Assembly (NCBI GenBank): GCA_030867685.1
Contig: JAQOWU010000008.1
Location: 2,418,001 to 2,482,000 of the forward strand
Direction of reading: 5' to 3'
DNA: 64,000 nucleotides
Source: Wickerhamiella versatilis
Lineage: Eukaryota
Below, piece after piece: positions 41,967-53,153 of this stretch. The notes beneath the pieces are model-generated. The model was not told the origin of the DNA and did not search any database. It saw only the letters and a list, made by a program, of their open reading frames with translations. Each line of letters starts with the position of its first letter. Position 1 is the first letter of the stretch. The position numbers and the translations under genes were made by a program.

Positions 41967-43874
41967 ATGGGATATATTTCCCCACATGGGGCCAATGCCT
42001 GTGTTTATACAGCATATGCAGTGTGCCTTTTAATGGGTCTTGGATGTGCTTGGTTTGCACGTAAGAAGGGCCAGTTTTTGGCTGGAAATGGTACGAGGAA
42101 GGCGTTACCTCTCACATTTAACTTCATCGCATCAGGTAAGTACTAATACTAAACTCACGAAAGATTGCAGCATGCTACGGGTGCCCCTTTGCGGGCTGAG
42201 AAATTACCGTTTGAACTCGATCAAGTTGATACTTGCGTGAGGATTGCAATGTTGCTGATATGATTGACTAACTAGTTATTAGGTCTTGGAGCGGGTGTTC
42301 TCAGCACGTATCCAGAAATAGGTGCTTATGGTGGCCTCCATGGGTTACTGGTATATTCACTGGCTGGTGCATTGCCTTTTTTGCTATTTGCAGGACTGGG
42401 ACCAATAATCCGTCGAAGATGTTCAGGTGGCTTTGTGCTAACTGAGTGGATTCGCCAGAGGTATGGTCTTTGCGCTAGTTTAGCGGTTTCAGCCTGCACA
42501 ATACTCACTGTATTTCTGTTCATGGTGAGCGAGCTTTCGGCAATAGAGGATTGTGTAACGAGTTTGGCTGATGTACCAGGTCTCCCTGTAATGATTGTGG
42601 AGGCAGTGCTTGTTTCTGTGTACACGTCACTCGGCGGCTTCTATACTGCTTTTTTTACAGATAACATTCAGGTTGCTACTTTTTTGATTTTGCTGGTCGT
42701 ATGTACGATTGCAGTGGGCTGCACAGTACGTATCGACACAAGCCTAATAGAACCAAGTGGCCTCTTGAAGGCGAATGTCCTTAGCTGGAAGCTTTTGTAT
42801 ATTTTGCCAGTATCCATTGTTACGAACGATTGCTTTATGGCAGGGTTTTGGATGCGCACTTTTGCTTCCAAAACCGACAGAGATCTATATATTTCATGCG
42901 GTTTGACAGCATTCCTGTTATTTTGCATCTGTGCTCTCCTCGGTATCCCCGGCCTTTTGGCCGTTTGGCTGAAAGATGATCCCCTCGTTCAATCAGATCC
43001 TAGCTTCGCAGATGACGCGTATACTAGTCTTTACCATGTGGTTCATAGTTTGCCGTCATGGCTCTCCGGGTTTGTTCTTGTTTTCGTCAGCGTCCTCTCC
43101 TGCTGTACTTTTGACTCGTTGCAGAGTGCAATGGTGTCCACAATTTCGAATGATTTGTTCCGCAATTGTGTACGTCTCAGTATAGTTCGCTTCATTGTAC
43201 TCCTCATCATGGCACCAACCATTGCTTTAGCAGCCACTCCAGGTGGGCTCAATATCTTGAACATCTACCTCATCGTTGATGTTCTGGCTGCTTGCGTGGT
43301 TCCTGTCATATTTTTGGGTCTCAATGATAGGTTTTTCTATTGGCTCTCTGGGGTTGAAATAATATGTTCTATCATTGGAGGTATCATCACGGTCTTCATA
43401 TTTGGTACCATCTATTATCACAGTGCTTCTGGAGGTGGCTCCTTGTTAATTATGAACATGGGCCTGTATGTCGATGATTGGGGTCCTTTCGGTGCATTTG
43501 TTGCTGCACCTGCGGGTTCCCTGATTGGTGGGTTTGTTGGTCTAGTTATCCATGGTATCTATGAGGCAGTGAAAAAGGGCAAGATACTCGCGGTGTTTGA
43601 TAGACCTCCTCCTGGTAAATTACCTGCTGATTTGAATTGGCTTGATTTCGACAAGCCGTGGTATGAGAAGTTCAATCTCGGGCCCTGGGCTCGTAAGCTC
43701 GATTATCTCCTTTTTGTCCAGGAAGATTCCAAAGACGAGGCAAGGCATGATTTCCTTGGTGATACTGGCGATGTTAGTACTACATCCAGGAACAGCCAAG
43801 AGAGTTCCAAAGATTTAGCTGAACCGTGGGAGACCATACAAAGGGGCTTCAATTTGAAATTTCAACCAGACTAA
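41967..43874 (+). CDS. Sodium:solute symporter family transporter (Dur3/Dur31-like). Two exons, 41967-42135 and 42283-43874, giving 586 aa
   Basis: The spliced junction reads FNFIAS-G-LGAGVLSTYPEIG; also LTEWIRQRYG, YTSLGGF..TDNIQ and many TM helices. Confidence 0.88.
42136..42282 (+). other. Spliceosomal intron (147 nt)
   Basis: GTAAGT donor, GACTAAC branch point (42266-42272) and TAG acceptor; removal restores the reading frame. Confidence 0.88.
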
Positions 43875-43908
43875 TAGAATACTAGTTAATGAATGGACAT
43901 AACTTAAC

Positions 43909-45645
43909 TTAGGATGTTTGGCCTACCGTCTTTTTAATATGTAAGGGCGATGTTTCTTGAGTGAATGAGAGTGGCCGTCCAACATTCAGCATATCGTCGT
44001 TGTCTACAACTGGACGAGCGACTGGTACCGGTGGCGGTTGTTTGCGGTGTTCATTCGCCACTTCAGCTTCTGCCTCCGCTTGCAGCAGCCAGACTGGCTG
44101 GTGGTTGTGGGTATCAGTTGTCTGGTTTGCAGAATGCTGTAGAGGGTGTTGCGGTACTTGTTGTGACGATTGTTGCTCTGGTACTTGGTGTTGTTGTTGC
44201 TGCGACGGTGCGGGCTGTTGTATTTGCGGCTGCGGCTGAGGCTGCTGCTGTGGATGTGGCTGTGGATGTGGATGTGGCTGCAGCACCTGGGGATATTTTG
44301 AATGTTCTGCATGAGGGTGATCGGGGTTACCTTGAAGCTTTCCATGAAGACTGAGGGACGAGGTAGCCGTTGCAAGTTGCCTTTGTTGAACAGAATTTCG
44401 CTGAGCCTCTAGGGTGGCAACTTCCGCATGCAATTGATCTGCATGCTGTTGAAGCTGTTGCGATTTAGAGTTAGGAAGAACACTTTCAGGACTAGATGCA
44501 TCGGTCGAAGTCTCAAGCTTACTAGTAGAGCCATGATCGCTAGTACCTCCCACCTGTGCCGATGGACCCATGCGCATTTGCATTTCAACTTGTCTCAATT
44601 CGTTCTCTCTCTGCTGGAGTAGAAGACGCTTGTTCTGGATCTCAGCCGATATGCGCATCTCCTGTTCACGCAAGTAGCGAGACTCCCTGAGCAATTGCGC
44701 TTCCTTAAGACGTGCCGCATGCTCAGCAAGCTCTTGCGGGAGCAGCAAGCTATTACGGTGATTCTTTCTGGGATCAAGACGAGCAGTACGATAGGCCTCA
44801 TAAATGACATCGCGTGTTCTATCACGCAAGTCATCTAAATGCGTTTCAAAGAGCGTTTGACGGATGAGTGAAAAATCAGTGTGGTCCGGGTCCAGGACAT
44901 TTACCTCTCCATATGCAAGTTTGCGTCGATATTGGCACTGTCCACTAATATCAAACTCGGAGCTGGAGGTAATAGCCAACGGTAGGAGATCGCGAAGTAA
45001 AGCGTTGAGTTCATTATCTTCGTATTCCGGGTCACCTTCTTCGTCCACAAAGTCAAATAGCTTTATATCATGCAAATTGATATCTTCCATGGTCATCCGT
45101 TTATTAGCCAGGCGTTCAGATGGTGTTAACTGATCTGCACGTCCCAGGACAGGAATAACATTCACAATCGGCGTGAGTCTTCGCAAAGCTAGGAGATCTA
45201 GCTCGCGTAAACCATGGCCTGTAGGCTCAATGAAATAGAGGCATACATCTACACGATTATCCTTGAACCTCGGATTTCGCCGAATACGAGATTCCTCTGC
45301 TAGAACCTCATCAAAGCGGCACTCAATATAATTTGCCAGGTTCTCGATATCGGCTTCCACGTCTATACCTGTTGCAAATCCTGGAGTATCGAGAACATTT
45401 AGGACAATATGCATCCCATTATCCTCCTCCACATCAATAACAAATGGCTTGAGGTCAGGTCCATACGCTGTGGTATCAGGTGAGTGTGGGTCAGACACCT
45501 GGCGACCCACAAGTGTGTTGATAAAACTAGTTTTCCCAGTCCCCGAAGCACCACATACAACCAAAGATAAATGAAGTTTGCGATTATTCCGCTTTGTCCA
45601 TGTGCCAGCTGTATTCTTGCTGGATACGCTTCCTGCGCGCACCAT
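43909..45645 (-). CDS. Septin (Cdc11/Shs1 group) with a long Gln/Pro/His-rich tail
   Basis: GASGTGKTS, DTPG, EESRIRRNPRFKDNRV, a coiled coil and a low-complexity C-terminus. Confidence 0.9.
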   Translation of the reverse strand: MVRAGSVSSKNTAGTWTKRNNRKLHLSLVVCGASGTGKTSFINTLVGRQVSDPHSPDTTAYGPDLKPFVIDVEEDNGMHIVLNVLDTPGFATGIDVEADIENLANYIECRFDEVLAEESRIRRNPRFKDNRVDVCLYFIEPTGHGLRELDLLALRRLTPIVNVIPVLGRADQLTPSERLANKRMTMEDINLHDIKLFDFVDEEGDPEYEDNELNALLRDLLPLAITSSSEFDISGQCQYRRKLAYGEVNVLDPDHTDFSLIRQTLFETHLDDLRDRTRDVIYEAYRTARLDPRKNHRNSLLLPQELAEHAARLKEAQLLRESRYLREQEMRISAEIQNKRLLLQQRENELRQVEMQMRMGPSAQVGGTSDHGSTSKLETSTDASSPESVLPNSKSQQLQQHADQLHAEVATLEAQRNSVQQRQLATATSSLSLHGKLQGNPDHPHAEHSKYPQVLQPHPHPQPHPQQQPQPQPQIQQPAPSQQQQHQVPEQQSSQQVPQHPLQHSANQTTDTHNHQPVWLLQAEAEAEVANEHRKQPPPVPVARPVVDNDDMLNVGRPLSFTQETSPLHIKKTVGQTS

Positions 45646-45833
45646 GTGTTAAGGGATGAGTGACTAACAACCTCCCCCTAGGCACTTCACTTAACAAGCT
45701 TTGGCTGACGCGTTTTATGCGGCCTAGTTGATAAATTTTGCAATTATAGAAAAGAGAATATCTCACGTTCAATTATTTAGTCTCTCTTATTGAGACGGCT
45801 GTCCCGCGTAGATTGCCGCTTAGTCCTTTTTCT

Positions 45834-46424
45834 ATGGAGAATACTAGTCATCTCGAACCAAGCTTGGTTGCAGGTGGACGCGTCCTACGCTGGCGCAAGC
45901 CTGTCCCTATTTCAGATTCTTTATCTACGTCACATCTGCATATAAAAGTTGCGGCTTTTGACCTGGACCAGACAATTGTGGACACCAAGTCGGCCAGTCC
46001 TTTTCCTCGAGATGGGCACGACTGGCAATTCATAAGTGAAGGCCGGTACAAGGAGATTTGGGATATTTCTCAAACCCACCAAGTTGTGATATTTACGAAT
46101 CAAGGTGGAGTCGTTGCAGACAGAAGCCGCAAATCCTACGTGAACTTGGTCACCAAGATACAGGGAATTCTTAGCAAGCTGCCTTCCACAATAATATTGT
46201 ATGCGGCCACAAAATCTGCAGATACACGCTTTAGAAAGCCAGAGGCAGGGATGTGGTTCCAGTTTGTCAAGGACTTAGCAGGACAGCCTATCGACGAGAG
46301 TGCATCCTTTTTTGTAGGTGACGCCGCTGGAAGACGCACAGACCATAGCGATGCAGACATAGGTTTCGCAAAAAATGCTAGCTTGAAATTTTATACACCA
46401 GAACAATGGTTTAAATGTCATTAG
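45834..46424 (+). CDS. TPP1: HAD-family DNA 3'-phosphatase (Tpp1/PNKP phosphatase domain, no kinase domain)
   Basis: FDLDQT, FTNQGG, RKP..GMW and FVGDAAGR..DHS..D. Confidence 0.85.
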   Translation: MENTSHLEPSLVAGGRVLRWRKPVPISDSLSTSHLHIKVAAFDLDQTIVDTKSASPFPRDGHDWQFISEGRYKEIWDISQTHQVVIFTNQGGVVADRSRKSYVNLVTKIQGILSKLPSTIILYAATKSADTRFRKPEAGMWFQFVKDLAGQPIDESASFFVGDAAGRRTDHSDADIGFAKNASLKFYTPEQWFKCH

Positions 46425-46457
46425 TACTTTTTATATTGACACTATAGCAGGATAAAT

Positions 46458-47021
46458 TTACTCTTCAATAGTGAGGCGCTCAGAGACATAAATACCATCG
46501 AGGAACTTACGGATATCCTTGTTGCGAGCCTTGCAGATCTGCTGGATGTCAGCAGCGGTCTGAGAAACGTTCTCAAGAGAGTTGCCCAGGACCTGGAGAG
46601 TGTCCTTGGCGCTCTTGTCGACCTCAACGGAAACACCCTCGTGAGCATGGATAACACGGACCTGCTTCTCACCGAGGTAGTTACGGATCTCAATCTTGGC
46701 ACCCTGGTTCTCGATGTTAACGTTAATGGGGAAATGGGCGTAGACGTAACGCATCTTGTACCTGAAGCCCTTGGTAACACCAGTGATCATATTCTGCAGA
46801 ATGGCCTTAACGGTACGCACAACGGCAACGTGCTTACGGCTGCCGTGGAGCACCTGGATCTTGATCTGATTGGAAGAGATCTTGTGGAAAGCGACATCAA
46901 TGTGCTTGAGGTCCTTCTTCAAGGTACCACGGGGTCCAGTGACACTGACAATACGAGCTTTAATCTCGAAGTGAACACCCTCAGGGACGTCCAGGATCTG
47001 CTCGCTCTGGATGTACTTCAT
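46458..47021 (-). CDS. RPL9: 60S ribosomal protein L9 (uL6)
   Basis: MKYIQS, YAHFPIN and DIRKFLDGIYVS. Confidence 0.97.
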   Translation of the reverse strand: MKYIQSEQILDVPEGVHFEIKARIVSVTGPRGTLKKDLKHIDVAFHKISSNQIKIQVLHGSRKHVAVVRTVKAILQNMITGVTKGFRYKMRYVYAHFPINVNIENQGAKIEIRNYLGEKQVRVIHAHEGVSVEVDKSAKDTLQVLGNSLENVSQTAADIQQICKARNKDIRKFLDGIYVSERLTIEE

Positions 47022-47080
47022 TAGCAGGGCAGTTGAGACGAAAGGCCTCGGGAACCGGTGAGTACTGAGTGGGTATGAAG

Positions 47081-47110
47081 TTAGGGCTTAGGGCCTACAT
47101 GGCACGTGAC
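47081..47110. promoter_or_regulatory. Tandem TTAGGGC (Tbf1-like) plus CACGTGAC (Cbf1-like) element upstream of RPL9
   Basis: TTAGGGCTTAGGGCC at 47081-47095 and CACGTGAC at 47103-47110. Confidence 0.65.
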
Positions 47111-47426
47111 CCAATGTACTGAATCCGGCTCCTTGAGCTTGTATGGCGAGCCATTTTATATTAATTGACGTGAAGAATAATAGCTAGTTGAATGTAAAAT
47201 TAACCTGCGGATGAAGTGGTCTCGAATTATGCCATAATGCTCAATTGGAGGCACATAATGGTCAAAGCGGTTATTACGTGGTTGTTATTTTAGTATTTTG
47301 AATTGGTTTAATACAAATTAAGTTTTTTTAGCTACTTTACTCTGATGACACCATGAAACTACGTGCCATTTGGCGGCTATCTCGACGAACCAATTGGGTA
47401 GCGATTGTTAGTCATCACAACTAGGA

Positions 47427-48170
47427 ATGCTGTCGTTGGCTGCTCGTCGTGGCTGTGGCCGGCTGGGTGGATCAATTTGGCACCCGTCTTTTACTCGGGG
47501 CCTCAAATTTAATGCAACTGACTATCCACCAAGCCCAGGGTTCAAGGTCTACAGTGCGGACTTGGAGAACGCGATCGCCAAACAAATCAAGGCGCTTCCG
47601 GATCCTACTAAACTTTACCAAAATGCTGATGGTACGCCTAAGTCTCCTGAAGACGCTGAGCTGAAAGGAGCAGCGGCTTTGGGCGCTTTGTATGACTCCT
47701 CGCGTGCATCCCTGCTGGACCGCTTTAAGCTTTCTCAAGAACAGGCACTAACACTGAATGAGAACTCTGCACACCTAGAAAACTTCTTCCTGAATGGCCG
47801 AAGGATTTTGGATAAAATTCCTGTCGAGGATCCGGCTACCGGAGATGTCAAATGGACTATTGTTAGAGAGAACCAAAAGGAGGGCTGGGAGCCTATTATG
47901 TACTATGGCTATGTTCCAGGTCTATTGATTGCCCTAGTCTTCTATTTCTTCCTAGATAAGGGTTCTCTAAGCGATTGGGCTTTGGAGGAGTTGCGGCTGC
48001 GTGCTCTCGAGAAATTCGGTGATGCGCCAGAGGGCGATGAACAGAATTTGTCCAACGAGGAGAAGAAGAAACGTGACGAAATTATGGTGGAGCGCATCCT
48101 TAGTGGTGATTATGATAGGCTTGCAGGTTTACGCAAGGCTGGCTCTGAGTTGCCAAGTAGCTTGCTCTAA
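47427..48170 (+). CDS. Mitochondrial complex I accessory subunit ESSS/NDUFB11-like
   Basis: Arg-rich presequence, then KEGWEPIMY, a single TM helix and DWALEELRLR. Confidence 0.75.
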   Translation: MLSLAARRGCGRLGGSIWHPSFTRGLKFNATDYPPSPGFKVYSADLENAIAKQIKALPDPTKLYQNADGTPKSPEDAELKGAAALGALYDSSRASLLDRFKLSQEQALTLNENSAHLENFFLNGRRILDKIPVEDPATGDVKWTIVRENQKEGWEPIMYYGYVPGLLIALVFYFFLDKGSLSDWALEELRLRALEKFGDAPEGDEQNLSNEEKKKRDEIMVERILSGDYDRLAGLRKAGSELPSSLL

Positions 48171-48209
48171 ACTTTGTGAAATTAGTACGAAAATAAGTAA
48201 CCATGGTGA

Positions 48210-49250
48210 CTATGCCGAAACGGCTTCTTCTAGTGTATCATTTTCGCCCGTGCTCGAGGCGGATATGGTAGAGTTGCTAGAGTCGCGGCGACGCTTAGAG
48301 GGAGATTCCTCTTGGTCGTTGCGATGTTGGATTTGGTCTGTGAGCACCTGGCTGGCCAGCATTTCCAGGGCACTCAAGGGTTCTCTCTGCTCGGGGTGAG
48401 TCCTCATGTGCTCCAAATTTGTTGCCAAACTGAGTGATGGCGGTCTTTGTCTTTTATCCGGGGTATGCTGATGCATGTGAGTCTGGCTGGAAATGGTGCC
48501 GTTATTGTGACTGGTGCTGGTGCCAGGGCCGACGCCGGCGTGACTGGATAGGTCCTGATTACGACGTTGAAGGTCGTATATCTCCTTGTCTTTTATTGCC
48601 ATTAGATCTTCCAAATCTTTGAGCCGTTGCTTCGTTCGCCGGAGCTTCCTTCGGATCTGATCGGTGCCAATTGAAGCATCGCTATATCCCATAACCTCCA
48701 CAATTAGTCTTTCTATTTCGCGTTTGGTGATACTTGTTTCCACTTCATGCCTTTGTGCAGATTCATGTGTCTCTATAGAAAGTAATTTGTTTTGAAGGAA
48801 GTACTGGTTGGCTAGAGAGCGAAACCGGCCCGCAGCTCGCTCGAATGCATCTTTGGCTTCAATCGCCTTTAGTAGTGAGGGACGCAATTCGGCCTCAGGT
48901 ATTGTGGGAACCTCTGCAGCTGTCGTGAAAAAGGTTGGAAGCGGCATTGGTGGCACCCGTTCCTGGCCAATGTTGAATTGAGGGCGCCGAGATTCAGACC
49001 TTACGGTGGCCCAAGGTCGCAGGGGCGTACCACTGAACGATGACCGTGTAGGTCGGCCTGGTGTCATCGTATGCTGGGCAAGCGGACTACTGGCCAGCGA
49101 CGGTGCCAAGGGCATATCTGCTGCTGAGGAAGTCGGTGGTGTGACTGCAGAAGAGGTAATAACATTAGGCGAGCTCTCCAATGGCTCGCCATTGAGGGGT
49201 GAACCCAGCTCAGGAGTACGTGGCCTGTCACTTTCAGGTGTACTCGTCAT
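48210..49250 (-). CDS. Coiled-coil protein of unknown function with S/P-rich ends
   Basis: 346-aa ORF with a central coiled coil (LQNKLLSIETHESAQRHEVE...) and an NLS-like PSKRRR. Confidence 0.7.
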   Translation of the reverse strand: MTSTPESDRPRTPELGSPLNGEPLESSPNVITSSAVTPPTSSAADMPLAPSLASSPLAQHTMTPGRPTRSSFSGTPLRPWATVRSESRRPQFNIGQERVPPMPLPTFFTTAAEVPTIPEAELRPSLLKAIEAKDAFERAAGRFRSLANQYFLQNKLLSIETHESAQRHEVETSITKREIERLIVEVMGYSDASIGTDQIRRKLRRTKQRLKDLEDLMAIKDKEIYDLQRRNQDLSSHAGVGPGTSTSHNNGTISSQTHMHQHTPDKRQRPPSLSLATNLEHMRTHPEQREPLSALEMLASQVLTDQIQHRNDQEESPSKRRRDSSNSTISASSTGENDTLEEAVSA

Positions 49251-49680
49251 TGGCCGATGTTTGTGTTGACTCCAGAATTGCTGACTTTGGTTTGATTACT
49301 CATATCACGGATAGCGTAAGCCGCGTCCGAAGATTGGTGGACCATGCTTACATTGCACGCAGAGTAGGAGAAACAAGCAAAGCAACCACTGAAACGAACA
49401 TGCATTTTCTACAGACCAGCAGGTTATAGGGGGAGTATTGAAAAAATATATTTCCCTTCTAGAGTAATCGAGTTTTATAGTAGATAAGCGTTCGCACTAA
49501 CCAATAACTATCCCTTCAAAGATCACGTCATTAAGACTTGACTTGACATGCAATCAATCCAGAACATACTGATAAAATACTATGGAGTGGAATACTGCAC
49601 ATCGAATAGCTTCACAGGAACCTATAATTTTTACGTTTAAGTCTGTACAGACAATAAAATACCATCCAGCGGGCAAAAAA

Positions 49681-50124
49681 TTAACGGTACGATTTCTGGT
49701 ACCGCGCACGAGCGCCAGGACCACCGAACTTCTTGGGCTCCATACGGCGTGGGTCGGCAATCAGCAGGGACCGGTCGTGGGCCACGAAGATGCGCTTGAG
49801 CTCGTTCTTGGAAGTCTCGTCAACAAACTTTTGGTAGTAGGCAACCAAGCCCTTGGCGATAGCCTGGCGAATGGCGTAAAGCTGAGATACGTGACCACCA
49901 CCGTTAACGCGGATGCGAATGTCCAGGTCAGCGTATTTGTCAAGGCCAACGGCAAGGAGTGGCTCGTAGACCTTGAAACGGAGAACCTCTGGCTCAACAA
50001 GGGTAATGGGGACACCGTTCAGCTTGATAAGACCCTTACCTTTCTTAACATATGCGACAGCAGTGGCAGTCTTCTTCTTGCCGAAAGTCTGCACGCTAGG
50101 AATGGCCTGCTTCTCCTCACTCAT
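49681..50124 (-). CDS. RPS16: 40S ribosomal protein S16 (uS9)
   Basis: [21 protein letters not shown] and [10 protein letters not shown]. Confidence 0.97.
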   Translation of the reverse strand: MSEEKQAIPSVQTFGKKKTATAVAYVKKGKGLIKLNGVPITLVEPEVLRFKVYEPLLAVGLDKYADLDIRIRVNGGGHVSQLYAIRQAIAKGLVAYYQKFVDETSKNELKRIFVAHDRSLLIADPRRMEPKKFGGPGARARYQKSYR

Positions 50125-50206
50125 AGTTGCGTCTGTACCAAGATATTACCTATGCGTTCCGGCAATGAACTGTGCGAGTTCGATGGCATGACTAATGAGA
50201 CTACTA

Positions 50207-50220
50207 GGCCCTAAGCCCTA
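50207..50220. promoter_or_regulatory. Tandem GCCCTAA (Tbf1-like) element upstream of RPS16
   Basis: GGCCCTAAGCCCTA, the reverse complement of the RPL9 motif. Confidence 0.65.
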
Positions 50221-50485
50221 TACCGATTTATCGACAATGAACTTGGAGGCCATAGAGCGGCCCAATTTACAGAAATTCTATACGAAAAGTAGCAATAGTT
50301 CTCAAAGAAATCTTAAACTAGTCCTATAATGGCTCAAGGCCTGGGTTACATCCATAGTGGCCAAGATCGAGCCCCCACATATTGAGCTTATTCGGACCCC
50401 AAACGCGGGTTTAAACGTTCCATATGAAAGATTCTTTTAAAGATATTCCATCGGTACTAAATATTTTAGAAGAGCTATAGAGAGT

Positions 50486-50803
50486 TTAGTCGAAAAGGCC
50501 CATACCCATATCTTCGTCGGACTCCTCCTCTTCCTCTTTGGGTGCCTCGGCCTCAGCAGGGGCAGCAGCCTCACCGCCAGCAGCAGCAGGAGCAGCAGCA
50601 GCAGCGGGGCCAGCAGCACCGAAGGCGAAGAGGATTTCTTTGAGGTCCTTGCCCTCAGTGGCCTTGGCGAAGGTCTCAGCCCACACAGGCTCGAGCTCAG
50701 CGTTAGCGGCCTTGGCGATAGCCTGCAGCTTGTCGGACGTGATCTCGATATCTGCGTCCGCGAGAATCAAGGTAGCATAAGATGCAATAGCGTCGGCAGA
50801 CAT
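50486..50803 (-). CDS. RPP1: 60S acidic ribosomal protein P1
   Basis: SYATLILAD, an Ala-rich hinge and [13 protein letters not shown]. Confidence 0.95.
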   Translation of the reverse strand: MSADAIASYATLILADADIEITSDKLQAIAKAANAELEPVWAETFAKATEGKDLKEILFAFGAAGPAAAAAPAAAGGEAAAPAEAEAPKEEEEESDEDMGMGLFD

Positions 50804-51070
50804 TAGAAGTGTGTAAGTGAAAAAGTCCGAGTGGGTTGGGAGTTGTCAGCGTATTTCGTCATCACGTGATACTCAGAGGGAGTGAGGAGGTGACCCGGGA
50901 GCCCAGGTTGCTGCCAATAAAGATAAGAAGATGATGATAATGTAAAACAAAGATTTTAAATATTTGAACTATACTATATGGCAAAAATAGGTTAAAGAGC
51001 CAGTTCGCCTGTTATGATACTTATCTAGTGGCTGTGGCACACCCATTTCCAAAGGTAAAAGCTCATGCTT

Positions 51071-51589
51071 TTACGCCCCAACAGAGGCTAAATAATTCTT
51101 TCGACTAACATGATCGTCTGCCGGTCTTGGATATGCAGTCCATTTCGGCTCGTCTTTGAAAAGGCGAAGGGCCTTAACATAATCGGAATATGCTGGGGTA
51201 AATCGATGATAGATGCCTGCCGGCAAAACTAGAAGATCATTTTTTTCCAGAAGCACCCGGATCCATTTGTCGTCATTGCTGCGAACATCAAAATAGCCCT
51301 CGCCATCCAAAATATATCGGATTTCTTCATCATCGTGCAAGTGCTCTGCGTAGAACATTTTTAACTTAGCTGCATAGGTTTCAGCGCCACCCATCTTTTC
51401 CTCGTCAACGACAACAACGTCACGATGCTTATAACCCCGTTCCAGAGATACGGCGTCGATTTCGTCGTCACTGTCAATGCTACGATAGAGACAGCCTAAC
51501 GACTCCAAATCATTGATAGATGCCGGAATACCCGAATCATGGGGCGCACGCTGGTCTCCAGGAAGCTCATCATGCATATATGCCTTCAT
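51071..51589 (-). CDS. ADI1: Acireductone dioxygenase (methionine salvage)
   Basis: EHLHDDEEIRY, GYFDVR and LPAGIYHRF; ATG at 51589. Confidence 0.95.
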   Translation of the reverse strand: MKAYMHDELPGDQRAPHDSGIPASINDLESLGCLYRSIDSDDEIDAVSLERGYKHRDVVVVDEEKMGGAETYAAKLKMFYAEHLHDDEEIRYILDGEGYFDVRSNDDKWIRVLLEKNDLLVLPAGIYHRFTPAYSDYVKALRLFKDEPKWTAYPRPADDHVSRKNYLASVGA

Positions 51590-51675
51590 GGTAGTGGTAG
51601 TCAAGAATGAGGGCAACCTCTTACGTCATGAAAAGATTAATACATAGCACGTGATAGGTAAATTCACGTGTATGA

Positions 51676-52998
51676 TCATTGCGTGCTCAGACTGGCCTTG
51701 ATAGCTTCATCAATCATTCTCTTTTCCAGCTCTCTTGTTTGAGAGGCGCTCATTCTTCTGGAGGCATGAACAATATCGGCAAGTGAGCCCCGAGCTCCCC
51801 CACTATCGCTATCATGTATGCGGGATGAGGAGGAGCCTCCAGCGGGGAGGAGGGCTGATTGATGAAGCGCACGAGCTGCAGCACTTTTACGAGCAAGCTT
51901 TCTTTGAGCAGATGCCAGCTTATTACCCCAATCGGGTCTTATGATATCAATTGTAACCACGTCAGGATGTGTTGCTGGGACACTGGTACGACGGCGACGG
52001 GACGGAGATCCTGCCACGCCTTGTGGTGCAGCACTAACGCTCTGGTTAGACTGGTCTTGTGGCTTACGAATACCCCACTCGAATGGAGGTGCATCAAATA
52101 TCACCCCACATCCCTCCTCGGCACAATAGGGACAGCACGCAGGCTCCGAGACCAATTGAATAACATCACCGCTGCCCGGGCCCGATACCTGGGGTCCAGT
52201 AGCCGTCGTGGAGGGCGATTCATCTGAATAAGGAGGGTGCGGGGGTGCCCGCTTAATCTGAACAAAGCATTCGGTGCAGATGTCCTGCCCACAGCATCTG
52301 GTAGAATTTAGTCGAGGATAATATAAGAAACAAATAGGACATTCGTGTGCATTTCTGTACAGCCATATCTGCTGGATATTCTTTTCAGCCTGTTGTCTTT
52401 CGTTGGCCTGACGATACGCAGAGGTGGTGTAGGACCTGTCGCGCGAGACAGGTACACTCTCGGAACCTCGGATTTTTGGCAGGCTCATTGGACTATCCAT
52501 AGCGGTAGATAGTGATCCTGCACCATTACGCGACGGAATAGGTTGGCCTCCTGATGTTTTCGAGGTAGGGGGTTCATCCTCAATGGCTAGGTTGTCGATT
52601 TCCGGAACGTCCCCACTTACGGGCTCGCCATTCACAGCCTCAAGAAGCTCCGCGTCAGACCATTCTGGCTCCAAGGAGTCCAGTCCCTTGTAGAATGGCG
52701 CCAACTTACGACGAATAATGAGGTCACGCACAACAGCAACCTTGAAGTCCTGTGGTCCATAATATACGCCTTGAGGAAACAGATAACCGCCATCCACGGT
52801 TTCACTCGGATCAATGATCAGCTGGTAAGCTTCCTTACGCTTCGCATGCCGTCGTTGCCTCTCAATTTCCCGGTCCTTGCGGCTATCAGTAAGTCGTCGT
52901 GACGAGCCATTCTGACCCTGAGATGACAACGAGAACGAGCCCCGTCCATGAAAACTAGGAGATTCCGGTGGAGTCTCCTTTGTGACAGTATTTCCCAT
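51676..52998 (-). CDS. SIP5: Sip5 (Snf1/Reg1-interacting RING-like protein)
   Basis: MGNTVTKE myristoylation-type start, [23 protein letters not shown] and [11 protein letters not shown]. Confidence 0.92.
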   Translation of the reverse strand: MGNTVTKETPPESPSFHGRGSFSLSSQGQNGSSRRLTDSRKDREIERQRRHAKRKEAYQLIIDPSETVDGGYLFPQGVYYGPQDFKVAVVRDLIIRRKLAPFYKGLDSLEPEWSDAELLEAVNGEPVSGDVPEIDNLAIEDEPPTSKTSGGQPIPSRNGAGSLSTAMDSPMSLPKIRGSESVPVSRDRSYTTSAYRQANERQQAEKNIQQIWLYRNAHECPICFLYYPRLNSTRCCGQDICTECFVQIKRAPPHPPYSDESPSTTATGPQVSGPGSGDVIQLVSEPACCPYCAEEGCGVIFDAPPFEWGIRKPQDQSNQSVSAAPQGVAGSPSRRRRTSVPATHPDVVTIDIIRPDWGNKLASAQRKLARKSAAARALHQSALLPAGGSSSSRIHDSDSGGARGSLADIVHASRRMSASQTRELEKRMIDEAIKASLSTQ

Positions 52999-53153
52999 TT
53001 CTCTCTCCCAACAACTTGCGCCACACAGAGGGAGAGAGCAGCTGGGACAGATGACCTAACCTCTGCCGACTTGGAAGGACGGGTTGGACACACAGATGCA
53101 CGCAACGATGGAACAGGAGGCCAAATATAGCCTCATTAATTTTCTATACTATT

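Noticed and set aside
46641-50780. Antisense or alternative-frame ORFs over RPL9, RPS16 and RPP1 (also RPS26)
   Set aside because: They are shadows of highly biased ribosomal protein genes.
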